Shown one piece after another: positions 18,943-27,220 of a stretch of DNA of 34,182 bases. The stretch is from Polyangiaceae bacterium (GTDB lineage Bacteria > Myxococcota_A > Polyangia > Polyangiales > Polyangiaceae): NCBI GenBank assembly GCA_035063585.1, contig JAPSGB010000046.1, positions 1 through 34,182 of the forward strand, written 5' to 3'. The position numbers and the translations under genes were made by a program. Under the pieces are notes generated by a model. That model was not told the DNA's origin and ran no database searches. It worked only from the letters and a program-made list of their open reading frames with translations. Numbering within the stretch: position 1 is the first letter of the stretch; each line of letters opens with the position of its first letter.

Positions 18943-19736
18943 GCGAGCTCACCGGCTTCCGCGAGCTCGCCGAGCGTCATCGCCGCGAGCCCGCGCTCGT
19001 CGAGGATCCGCAAGATCCGCGGCAGCGCCTCGATCGACGCGGGCGCGAAGTCGTCGCGCTCCGCCGCGTCGTGTAAGAGCACGATGGCTCCTCCCACCAG
19101 CCCTCGCGCGACGCGCTCGACCACGCGCTCGGCTCGCGCGCCAGAGAGGCCGTCGAACCCACGCACGGAGTAGCCAACCAGGGTGACGCCCGCCTTCCTC
19201 GCGCCGGCCGCCGTGCGCGGACTGATGAAGACCATGGGAGGACGGAATCGCGCCGGCCGCGCGCCGCACGCTCGCTCAACGGCAGCGCGCGCGCGCTCGA
19301 CATCGCGCGCCACCGCGGCCGGCGTCTTGAACGCATAGCCGCGCGCGTGCTCGTCGCCGTGCAACGCGAGCTCGTGCCCGGCCTCATGGATCTCACGGAG
19401 CACCTCCGGATACGCGCGCGCCTTACACCCCACCACGAAGAAGGTCGCCTTGTGCCCGCCGCGCGCGAGGATGGCGAGGATCTTCCGCGTCGTGTCCGGG
19501 TGTGGTCCGTCGTCGAAGGTGAGCGCCACCGCGCGCGACCCGGGGTCGCCTTGGCACATCACATCCGCGAACATCTCGAGGCGTGGCAGCATGACGCCTG
19601 CGAGCGCGAGCGCGAGGTACCCGATGAGCGCGGCGACCGCGAACCAGAGCGGCGGGGGAGCAAACCAGAGTGACCGTGCGAGCAGCGCTGCCGCGCCGAT
19701 GCTGGCGACCCAGAGCGCAATCCTCGCGGGGGGCAC
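18936..19736 (-). CDS. Polysaccharide deacetylase (NodB/CE4 family) with N-terminal TM anchor
   Basis: ALTFDDGP, ATFFVVG, HELALHGDEH, FRPP and GAIVLLHD. Confidence 0.9.
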   Translation of the reverse strand: MPPARIALWVASIGAAALLARSLWFAPPPLWFAVAALIGYLALALAGVMLPRLEMFADVMCQGDPGSRAVALTFDDGPHPDTTRKILAILARGGHKATFFVVGCKARAYPEVLREIHEAGHELALHGDEHARGYAFKTPAAVARDVERARAAVERACGARPARFRPPMVFISPRTAAGARKAGVTLVGYSVRGFDGLSGARAERVVERVARGLVGGAIVLLHDAAERDDFAPASIEALPRILRILDERGLAAMTLGELAEAGELAH

Positions 19737-19742
19737 CGCAGG

Positions 19743-20264
19743 CTAACCTCGCCGGCGCGCGCGGCTCTCGCGGGGCTCATCCGCTTCGAGTTCGTCGAGC
19801 GCGCTCCCCTGCGAGCCCGCCGAGACGCGCGCACGCGGCGCGTCCTTGGCCGCACGCTTCGGCTCCGCGCCGTCATCTCCAGTGTTATCGAGCTCGAAGA
19901 TCACCGCGAGCGCGGTCGCCACGAGCGGCAAGCTCACCGCCGGCAGCTCACCGAGCAAGCCCTTTCCGACACCGAGCGACGCGAGATCGAGCTCGACCGG
20001 GAGCCAGCGGCGCAGCGCGAACATCGCTCCCGCGCCGAGCAGCGCGCCAGCGAAAGCCTTGAGGCCCGCCTCGATGCGCGCGCCGTGTTGCCAGATGGGC
20101 CTCCCGGCGACGAAGCCGACCAGGACGCCGGTGACGGCCGCCGTCGCGTATGCGAAGACTGCCCCTCCGAACGTCGTGAGGTGCATGGCGAACACCAAGA
20201 GCGCGGCCACTACTGCTCCGGTGACCAGCCCCTTGACCAGTCCGACGACCAGCCGCTTGACCAT
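19743..20264 (-). CDS. Hypothetical membrane protein
   Basis: About four hydrophobic segments from MVKRLVVG, followed by a charged tail. Confidence 0.75.
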   Translation of the reverse strand: MVKRLVVGLVKGLVTGAVVAALLVFAMHLTTFGGAVFAYATAAVTGVLVGFVAGRPIWQHGARIEAGLKAFAGALLGAGAMFALRRWLPVELDLASLGVGKGLLGELPAVSLPLVATALAVIFELDNTGDDGAEPKRAAKDAPRARVSAGSQGSALDELEADEPRESRARRRG

Positions 20265-20359
20265 CGCTCGAAGCCTTGAGGACTCCGGGCGCGCCGTCAA
20301 CTGCCGCGCCGAGGGAGGATGCCGGTCCGGCGCGGGAAAGTGGTATTGAACCGGCCTAC

Positions 20360-22165
20360 GTGCTCTTCAACACCCTCGCCTACGCGAAGTTCTTCGGCTT
20401 TGTCTTCGTCCTGACCTGGGTGCTGTCGAACCGCCGCTGGGCGCCGCTCCTGCCGTGGTTCCTTCTGCTCGGCTACACGCTCGCCACGCCGCTCTCGCCC
20501 CTCTCGGCGGGACTCACGGTGCTTGCGTTCGGACTCTGCGCCGAGCTCTCCCGCCGAGCGCCGGACGACACCACGCCGACCCTTCGGGTGGCGGCGGCGT
20601 CGGTGGCGGTGAATTTCGTGGCGCTCGCCTTCCTGACCTTCCGCGCGGGCGCCGGAGATCCGCTCTCGGTCGCGCTCGGCGCGCTCGGCGTCCCTCTCCA
20701 CGCCGCGCCGCTCGCGCAAGTCGTCGGCCTGCTCGCCGCGTCCGCGCTCCTCTTGCTCCTGGTGCGCGCACGCAAGGTGCGGCTCGTCTGCCTGCTCATC
20801 GCGAGCTACGTCTTCTACGCGCACTGGGACTGGCGTTTTCTGCCGCTCATCTTCGGCTCGTCGACCATCGACTACCTCCTCGGGCGCGCGATCGATGACG
20901 CCCGGACCCAGCGAGCGAAGAAGCTCTGGATCACCGGCACGGTGATCGTGAACCTCGGCGTGCTCGGGATCTTCAAGTACTTCAACTTCGGGATCGAGTC
21001 GGCGCGCGCCGCGCTCATCGCGCTCGGCTTCGAGCCGCCCGACTTCGCGCTCCGTATCGCGCTGCCAATCGGGATCAGCTTCTTCACCTTCGAGTCGATG
21101 AGCTACGTCATCGACGTCTACCGCGGCGAGATGCGCGCGCACCGGAGCTACCTCGAATATCTCACCTTCGTCGCGTTCTTCCCGCACCTGGTCGCGGGCC
21201 CCATCGTGCGGCCACGCGATCTCTTGCCGCAGCTCGCGGAGCCGGCTCGCTTCAGCCCTACGGAGGGGAGCGAGGGGCTCTTTCTGGTCGCGACCGGGCT
21301 CCTGAAGAAGATGGTGATCGGCGATTATCTCGCCTTGAACCTCGTCGATCGTGTGTTCGACGCGCCGTTTCAGTACTCGTCGCTCGAGTGCTACGTCGCG
21401 GTGCTCGGCTACGCCGTCCAGATCTACTGTGATTTCTCCGGGTACACCGACATCGCCATCGGCTCGGCGCTGCTGCTCGGCGTGCGTTTTCCGCTCAACT
21501 TCGACGCGCCCTACAAGGCGCACAACCTCTCGAATTTCTGGCGGCGCTGGCACATCTCCCTCTCGACGTGGCTCCGCGACTACCTCTACATCCCGCTCGG
21601 CGGCAACCGACACGGGCGCGCGAGGCGCTACCTGAACCTCGCGCTCACCATGCTGCTCGGGGGGCTCTGGCACGGCGCGAGCTGGACGTTCGTCGTGTGG
21701 GGCGGGCTGCACGGCGGCGCGCTCGCGCTCACCCACTGGTACGGCGAGTGGCGGAGGCGCCCGGAGCTAGCCCGCGCGGAGCGGATGCGCGCCGAGCCGC
21801 GCCTCGGCGATCTCCCGCTCGGGCGCGCGCACGCGGCGCACCTCGTCAAGGTGCTCCTCACGTTCCACTTCGTGTGCGCGTGCTGGATCTTCTTCCGGGC
21901 GGAGACCTTCCGCAAGGCGTGGACGATGTTCACCCAGCTCTTCGCCGGAACCACCTTCCACCCGAACCTCGCCTGGCAGGTGCTCGCGGTGCTCGCGGTC
22001 GGGCTCGCGACTCACTTTGCGCCGGAGCGCTGGGCGCTCGGGGCACGCCAGCTCTTCATTCGCCTCCCGGCGCCCGCGCAGGGGCTCGCGCTCTTCGCCG
22101 CGGCGCTCACGCTCCACGCATTCTCGACCGCCGAGGCGGTGCCCTTCGTGTACTTCCAGTTCTGA
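20360..22165 (+). CDS. MBOAT family O-acyltransferase (AlgI/PatA-like)
   Basis: LPIGISFFTF, FFPHLVAGPIVR, QIYCDFSGYTDIAIG, FWRRWHISLSTWLRDYLYIPLGG, GLWHGA and terminal PFVYFQF. GTG start (VLFN). Confidence 0.93.
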   Translation: MLFNTLAYAKFFGFVFVLTWVLSNRRWAPLLPWFLLLGYTLATPLSPLSAGLTVLAFGLCAELSRRAPDDTTPTLRVAAASVAVNFVALAFLTFRAGAGDPLSVALGALGVPLHAAPLAQVVGLLAASALLLLLVRARKVRLVCLLIASYVFYAHWDWRFLPLIFGSSTIDYLLGRAIDDARTQRAKKLWITGTVIVNLGVLGIFKYFNFGIESARAALIALGFEPPDFALRIALPIGISFFTFESMSYVIDVYRGEMRAHRSYLEYLTFVAFFPHLVAGPIVRPRDLLPQLAEPARFSPTEGSEGLFLVATGLLKKMVIGDYLALNLVDRVFDAPFQYSSLECYVAVLGYAVQIYCDFSGYTDIAIGSALLLGVRFPLNFDAPYKAHNLSNFWRRWHISLSTWLRDYLYIPLGGNRHGRARRYLNLALTMLLGGLWHGASWTFVVWGGLHGGALALTHWYGEWRRRPELARAERMRAEPRLGDLPLGRAHAAHLVKVLLTFHFVCACWIFFRAETFRKAWTMFTQLFAGTTFHPNLAWQVLAVLAVGLATHFAPERWALGARQLFIRLPAPAQGLALFAAALTLHAFSTAEAVPFVYFQF

Positions 22166-22203
22166 GCGAGCGAGCCGCGCGCGTGTGCTAGCGTCCCCGC
22201 GGA

Positions 22204-22671
22204 ATGTCGGAGCCCGAAGACGCGCCCGAGCCGGCCGCGCCGAACGACGCGCCAGACGAAGTGACGGAGGCCGAAGCGAGCCCGGCCGAACCGCGTGCGG
22301 GAAGGCAGCCGAAACGGCGCAAGAAGCGGAAGCGGCCCGGCGCGAGCGAGGTCTCCGAGCCCGCCGCGCCGCGGGCTCGGCGCGCGCCGCTCGACGCGCA
22401 AGGTCGTGAGCGCCCGGCGTTCGTCCTCGACTTCCCCCAGGATCCTGAGCTCGAGGCCCTCGTCACCGCTTTCGAGCGGGGCGACTACGCGCGGGTGCGC
22501 GCCGAAGCGCCGGCGCTCGCCGAGCGCACGACGGACGACGAGGTGCGCGCGGCGGCGCTCGAGCTGCGGCGCCGGATCGATCCCGAGCCGCTCATGAAGT
22601 ACCTGGTCGTCATCGCCCTCATGCTGCTCGGCTTTCTCACCCTCTGGGCCTATGGAAAGAGCGCTCACTAG
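22204..22671 (+). CDS. Hypothetical protein with C-terminal TM helix
   Basis: Disordered N-terminus, globular RPAFVLDFPQDPEL...FERGDY segment and a hydrophobic C-terminus. Confidence 0.7.
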   Translation: MSEPEDAPEPAAPNDAPDEVTEAEASPAEPRAGRQPKRRKKRKRPGASEVSEPAAPRARRAPLDAQGRERPAFVLDFPQDPELEALVTAFERGDYARVRAEAPALAERTTDDEVRAAALELRRRIDPEPLMKYLVVIALMLLGFLTLWAYGKSAH

Positions 22672-23260
22672 CCCGGCGGTGCTCCTCGCGACGGCGCTCC
22701 TCGCGAGCTGTGGCACCGCGCCGCCGGCCGCGCCGGAAAGCCAAGCTGCCGGACCGACCAGCGAGCTCTCACGCTATCTGCCGCTCGAGCATGACACGGT
22801 GCTCGCGTTCGACACCACCATCGAGGAGAGCGGCGAGACCGGGGTCCTCATGCTGCGAGTCGCTCGCAAGAGCGGCAACCTCGTCGAGCTCGGGGTCGGC
22901 GGGCGGGTCCAGCGACTCGAGCTATTGCCGGGCGCGATCCGGAACCTCGATGGCGGCTTTCTGCTGAAGGCGCCGCTCACGGTCGGCGCCACCTGGCCGG
23001 GCATGGCCGGGATCGTGCGGGTCACCACGACGGACAAGCGAGTCGAGGTCCCGGCGGGGCGCTTCGAGGGCTGCGTCGAGACCGTCGAGGAGAAGACGCT
23101 GCCGGGCGGGTTCAAGCGCATCACCACGGACTTCTGCCCCGGAGTTGGCATCGTCGTGCTCGACGTCGAAGCGGCGGCCGGCGCCGATCAGGCCCGAGAG
23201 ACGGCGCGCCTCCGCTCGCGCTCGAAGCGCGTCGATCTCATGGTCGAGGTGCCGAAGTAG
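22652..23260 (+). CDS. Hypothetical lipoprotein (beta-rich, VPAGxF..C...PGVG type)
   Basis: LLASC lipobox, YLPL, LLKAPLTVGATW, VEVPAGRFEGCV and FCPGVGIV. Start could instead be GTG at 22679. Confidence 0.75.
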   Translation: MERALTSPAVLLATALLASCGTAPPAAPESQAAGPTSELSRYLPLEHDTVLAFDTTIEESGETGVLMLRVARKSGNLVELGVGGRVQRLELLPGAIRNLDGGFLLKAPLTVGATWPGMAGIVRVTTTDKRVEVPAGRFEGCVETVEEKTLPGGFKRITTDFCPGVGIVVLDVEAAAGADQARETARLRSRSKRVDLMVEVPK

Positions 23261-24404
23261 CGACGCCCGCGAGCGCGCGCGCTCTCGACACACGCGACGC
23301 CTCCGCCGCACCCGCGCCCTCGACCACCTTGCCGTAGGCGAGGTTGCCGTGGACGACCGTCGGGCGGAGCCCTGGCGAGAGGCGTGACGGGGTCACCTCG
23401 CTCGAGGGAAAGAGCTGCGAGAACGCGGGCGCGCGGCGCACGCGGTCGGTGAGCGTGCGCTCGAGGATCATCGAGGTGTATTGATCGGCGCCGCGCTCGG
23501 GCGACGCCGAGCTCGGGAGCACGTCGATGTCGAGGCGCCGCGAGGCCGTCGCGAGCCCCTTGATACGGCTGTCGAGCGGGCTCCAGGAGTCGGCGGCGAC
23601 GCCGTTGTTACTGATGCCCCAGAGCCCATCGGCGGTGTTCACGAAGAGGGTGCGGTTGCCCGAGGTGGCGCCGGGCGTCGCGAGCAGGAGCGCGCCCCCG
23701 CCGAGCTCGAGATCGCCGTCCACCAGCACGACCCGACTGCGATCGACGCCGCGCTTCCCATCCGCGACGTACCAGAACCGCTGCTCGGGATGAAGATCGT
23801 CCCAGTCCTCCCACTCGCTCCGCGACGCGAGGAGTCGAGCTCGCGAGAAACGCGCCGCGAACGCGCCGTCGGACGTCCCGAGCAGGGGGCGCAGATCCTG
23901 GTGCTGGAGGTTACCGAAGGCGAGGTAGTCGATGTCGTCGGCGCCGAGCCCGAACGCGGCGAGCTGGCGCTCGAGCGTGGCGTAGCGGTGCTGCAGCACC
24001 TGGAAAGCGAGATAGTCACCGAACTGCCGGATGAGCCGCTCGAAGCAGGGCGTGGCGCGCGCCGCGACGTCGTCGGTGGGGTTGAAGAGGAGCGTCTTCG
24101 GTTCGCCACGCTGCAGGAACTGGACGAGCGTCGCGCGGTGCGTGAGGACCACGAACGGCGCGGGCGACAGCGCCGCGCCATGAAAGGCGAAGCGCGTGGG
24201 ATGAGCGAGGGTCGCGATGGGGAGCGAGCGGAGGCAGAGCGCGCGCGGCCCCTCCGCGACGCGGGCGCGGAGCGGCTCGGCGGCCGCGCGCACGGCGCGA
24301 AGGCGCGCCCCGGCGCTCGGCTCCGCCCACGCGCTCTCGAGCTCCGTGATGCGGTCGAGCTCCGGCGCGCGCGCGTAGCCCGAGTCTTCGACGACGGTGA
24401 CCAT
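23238..24404 (-). CDS. Metallo-beta-lactamase-fold protein with degenerate metal ligands
   Basis: GLGADDIDYLAFGNLQHQD, F..ARLLASRSEW, VLVDGDLELGGGALLLATPGATSGN. GGAGGG Shine-Dalgarno before the ATG at 24404. Confidence 0.7.
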   Translation of the reverse strand: MVTVVEDSGYARAPELDRITELESAWAEPSAGARLRAVRAAAEPLRARVAEGPRALCLRSLPIATLAHPTRFAFHGAALSPAPFVVLTHRATLVQFLQRGEPKTLLFNPTDDVAARATPCFERLIRQFGDYLAFQVLQHRYATLERQLAAFGLGADDIDYLAFGNLQHQDLRPLLGTSDGAFAARFSRARLLASRSEWEDWDDLHPEQRFWYVADGKRGVDRSRVVLVDGDLELGGGALLLATPGATSGNRTLFVNTADGLWGISNNGVAADSWSPLDSRIKGLATASRRLDIDVLPSSASPERGADQYTSMILERTLTDRVRRAPAFSQLFPSSEVTPSRLSPGLRPTVVHGNLAYGKVVEGAGAAEASRVSRARALAGVATSAPRP

Positions 24405-24474
24405 GAGTCCCTCCGGGGGCTCTCTTAGCGCCCACTGCGCGGCGCGCCACCCGCGTCGATCACGGCCGTAGGAC

Positions 24475-24497
24475 GCTTTGACATTGCGCGTCAGAGC
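24475..24497. promoter_or_regulatory. Imperfect palindrome GCTnTGAC-N7-GTCAnAGC, putative operator between divergent genes
   Basis: GCTTTGACATTGCGCGTCAGAGC has 7 of 8 arm positions symmetric and contains TTGACA. Confidence 0.45.
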
Positions 24498-24521
24498 CCT
24501 GAGCGCCGATGATGGCGGGGA

Positions 24522-25868
24522 ATGGTTGCGCGGAGGGCTCGAGCGACCGGCGCCCTGACGGCGTGCCTCGTGCTCGGTGCCGTGCGTGCCGCGGGCGCCA
24601 GCCCCTTCGATGTCTTCGGCTTCGGGCCCTCGGGTGTGGCGAGCGTGGGCGCGCGCGCCGCGCGCGCATGCGATGGAACCGCGAGCTTCTACAACCCCGG
24701 TGGGCTCGCGCTCGGGGAAGGCTATCACCTCGAGCTCGGCGTGCTCGGCGCGGTCTCCGCGCTCACCGCGCAGGGTGAGCGCCAGCGCATCAGCGATCCG
24801 GTCGGGCTGACCATCGCGCTCGACGGCGACATCCCCCTGGAGGGTCCTCTCGAGGGCGTGCTCCGGGCGGGGTACGGTGGATACGCGCTCTCGGACAGCT
24901 TGATGCACCTCGAGACGCCCGCGCGCATCGATCCGACGTTCCCGTACTACGCGAACCGGACCCAGCGGCTCGTCGTGCTCCCGGCGCTCGCCGCGCGCGT
25001 GACCCGCTGGCTCGGCGTCGGCGTCGCGGCCAACGCGTTCGCGAGCCTCGGCGGCCCGGTAGCGCTCAGCAAGGGAGCGAGCGGGGCGCTCGAGGCGCGC
25101 ATCGACGAAGAGGCGACGACCACGCTCGGCGTCATCGTGGGCGCCCAGGCGTCGCCGACCGACTATCTCCGCTTCGGGCTCGTCTATCGCGAGGAGTTCG
25201 CGGTGCCCATCCGCACCCGCTCATTCTCGACGGTCGGCAGCATGCCGCTCCTGGTCGACGTCTCGCTCGGGCAAGCGTTCTTCACGCCGGAGGAGTACGT
25301 GCTCGCCATCGCGGTAATGCCCGCCCCGCCGCTCGAGCTCGAGCTCGACGCAGCCTACGAGCGGTGGGGCGAGTATCGGGGGCCGTCGATGCGGACGCGC
25401 GCGACGCTCCCCGGGGTCGCGCTCGACCCGCGGAGAGTGCCCGCGCTCTTTCGTGACGTGTGGACGCTGCGCGCCGCTGCCACCTACCGCTTCGCGCTCG
25501 GGCGGCACGAGCTCGCGCTCGACGCGGGCGCCGGCTACGAGCCGTCCGTCCTGCGAGCCGAGCAGCAGGGTGAGACGAACCTCGTCGACGGCCGGAAGGT
25601 ATCATTCGGGGCGGGCGTCGAGCTCATCCTCCGCCAGTTGCTCGGCGAGCGCGCGCTCCATTTCGGCGCCGGCGCGCAGGTGCAGGCGGTCGGGAGCTAT
25701 TTCCAGGCGAAGCAGGTGTGCCGCACGAGCGGAGCTTGCGCTCCGGACGAGGTGTGGGGCGAGGACGCGCTCACGCCCGACGCGGGCATCGCGAACCCGG
25801 GCTATCCGGCGCTCAGTGGCTCGGGCAGGGTGTGGGCGCTCACCGGCGCGGTAGGGGTAGATTTGTGA
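24522..25868 (+). CDS. FadL/OmpP1-like outer-membrane beta-barrel (copy 1)
   Basis: Signal peptide, then FGFGPSGVASVGA..A..DGTASFYNPGGL (FadL hatch NPA-like motif), amphipathic beta-strands, FRDVWTLR and GAGYEPS. Confidence 0.75.
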   Translation: MVARRARATGALTACLVLGAVRAAGASPFDVFGFGPSGVASVGARAARACDGTASFYNPGGLALGEGYHLELGVLGAVSALTAQGERQRISDPVGLTIALDGDIPLEGPLEGVLRAGYGGYALSDSLMHLETPARIDPTFPYYANRTQRLVVLPALAARVTRWLGVGVAANAFASLGGPVALSKGASGALEARIDEEATTTLGVIVGAQASPTDYLRFGLVYREEFAVPIRTRSFSTVGSMPLLVDVSLGQAFFTPEEYVLAIAVMPAPPLELELDAAYERWGEYRGPSMRTRATLPGVALDPRRVPALFRDVWTLRAAATYRFALGRHELALDAGAGYEPSVLRAEQQGETNLVDGRKVSFGAGVELILRQLLGERALHFGAGAQVQAVGSYFQAKQVCRTSGACAPDEVWGEDALTPDAGIANPGYPALSGSGRVWALTGAVGVDL

Positions 25869-27220
25869 ACCGCTCGCTCCGGCTCGCGCTCCGGCTCGCG
25901 CTCGCCACGGGGTGCCTGTGGTCGCCGCGCGCGCACGCGAACGCCGCGTCTCTGCTCGGCTATGGCGCCCGCGACAGCGCGCTCGCCGCCTCGGACGTGG
26001 CCGACGCCGACCCCGCAGCGGCCGCGACCGTGAACCCGGCCTTCGCGTGGCGCCCGGGCGTGCGCCTGCTCGCGGGGTACGGCTATGGCTCGATGAGGCT
26101 CCGGATTTCCGGGCGAGACGCCGGTGTGCGCGACGTGAGCGGCACCGACCTCGCCCTCCAGATCGGCTCGGCGCTCGACCACGCGGGCAAGGTCGCGCTC
26201 GGCGGCGGGCTCACGCTCCATATCCCGGACGCCTACCAAGCGCGCGTCTTTTTTCGCGCTCCCACCGAGCCGAGCTTCCCGCTCTACGACTCCCCGCCGC
26301 AGCGCACCGTCTTCGACGTCGCGCTCGCCTTTCGATATCACGCGCTCTCCCTCGGGGTGGGCGCCTCCGTCCTCGCCGGCACCAGCGGCAGGGGAGCGGA
26401 CTTCATCTTGGCCCAAGACGCGAACGGCACCTTCGCGGACTCGCGAACCGACATCGCGCTGCCGATCGCTGCGGCTCCCACCGCCGGCCTCGCGCTCGAG
26501 CTCGGACGACTCGCCATCGCAGGTCGGCTCCGCGCACCGCTGTCGCTCGGGGTCGCGGTCGAGACCGAGGCGTATCTAGCGGTGCACGGAAACCCGTTCA
26601 ACGGCCACACCGACGTCGACGCCTTCGGCGAGTCCGCGTACGAGCCGCTCACCCTGGATCTCGGCGCGCGTGCAGACTTGACGCCCGCGCTCCGCGTGTT
26701 CGCGGACGTGACCTACACGCGCTGGAGCGCTGCGCCACCGCCCAGCGCGACCATCACGCTCGATCTCGACCTGGTCACGAATCCATCCGAACTCGAGGCG
26801 CGCTTCACCGCGCCGCGGTTCCGCGACACGCTCTCGCCGCACCTCGGCCTCGAGCTCCGCGTGCTCGAGCTCCCTCGGGGAGCGCTCGAGCCTCGACGAC
26901 GCGCGCCGATCAGTGACGATGAGCGCGGGCCCCCGCGCCTCGCACTCCGCGCCGGGTGGACGGTGTCGCCATCACCGGTCCCGCGCCAGACCGGCCTCAC
27001 CTCCTACGCGGACTCGACGCGCAACGTATTCGCGCTCGGCGCGGGCTACTGCTTCGGGCGGGCCTGGGGCATCGAGCTCACCTCTGATGTCGCCCTCGCC
27101 TATCATCGGCTCGCGCGTCGCGACTTCGACAAGGGCTCGGACGTGCTCCCGAACGCTCACTACCGCGCGAGCGGCGATATCTACGCCGCCGCGCTCACCT
27201 TCGGAGCGGCTTGGCGATGA
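25865..27220 (+). CDS. FadL/OmpP1-like outer-membrane beta-barrel (copy 2)
   Basis: GTG start overlaps the upstream TGA. Signal peptide ending AHA, GYGARDSALA...ATVNPA, FRDTLSPHLGLE, LRAGW...SPVP.QTG.TSYAD. Confidence 0.75.
   Translation: MNRSLRLALRLALATGCLWSPRAHANAASLLGYGARDSALAASDVADADPAAAATVNPAFAWRPGVRLLAGYGYGSMRLRISGRDAGVRDVSGTDLALQIGSALDHAGKVALGGGLTLHIPDAYQARVFFRAPTEPSFPLYDSPPQRTVFDVALAFRYHALSLGVGASVLAGTSGRGADFILAQDANGTFADSRTDIALPIAAAPTAGLALELGRLAIAGRLRAPLSLGVAVETEAYLAVHGNPFNGHTDVDAFGESAYEPLTLDLGARADLTPALRVFADVTYTRWSAAPPPSATITLDLDLVTNPSELEARFTAPRFRDTLSPHLGLELRVLELPRGALEPRRRAPISDDERGPPRLALRAGWTVSPSPVPRQTGLTSYADSTRNVFALGAGYCFGRAWGIELTSDVALAYHRLARRDFDKGSDVLPNAHYRASGDIYAAALTFGAAWR

Noticed and set aside
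24478..24513. TTGACA as a canonical sigma70 -35 for the FadL operon
   Set aside because: There is no -10-like hexamer at 16-18 bp spacing. It is kept only as part of the palindrome.
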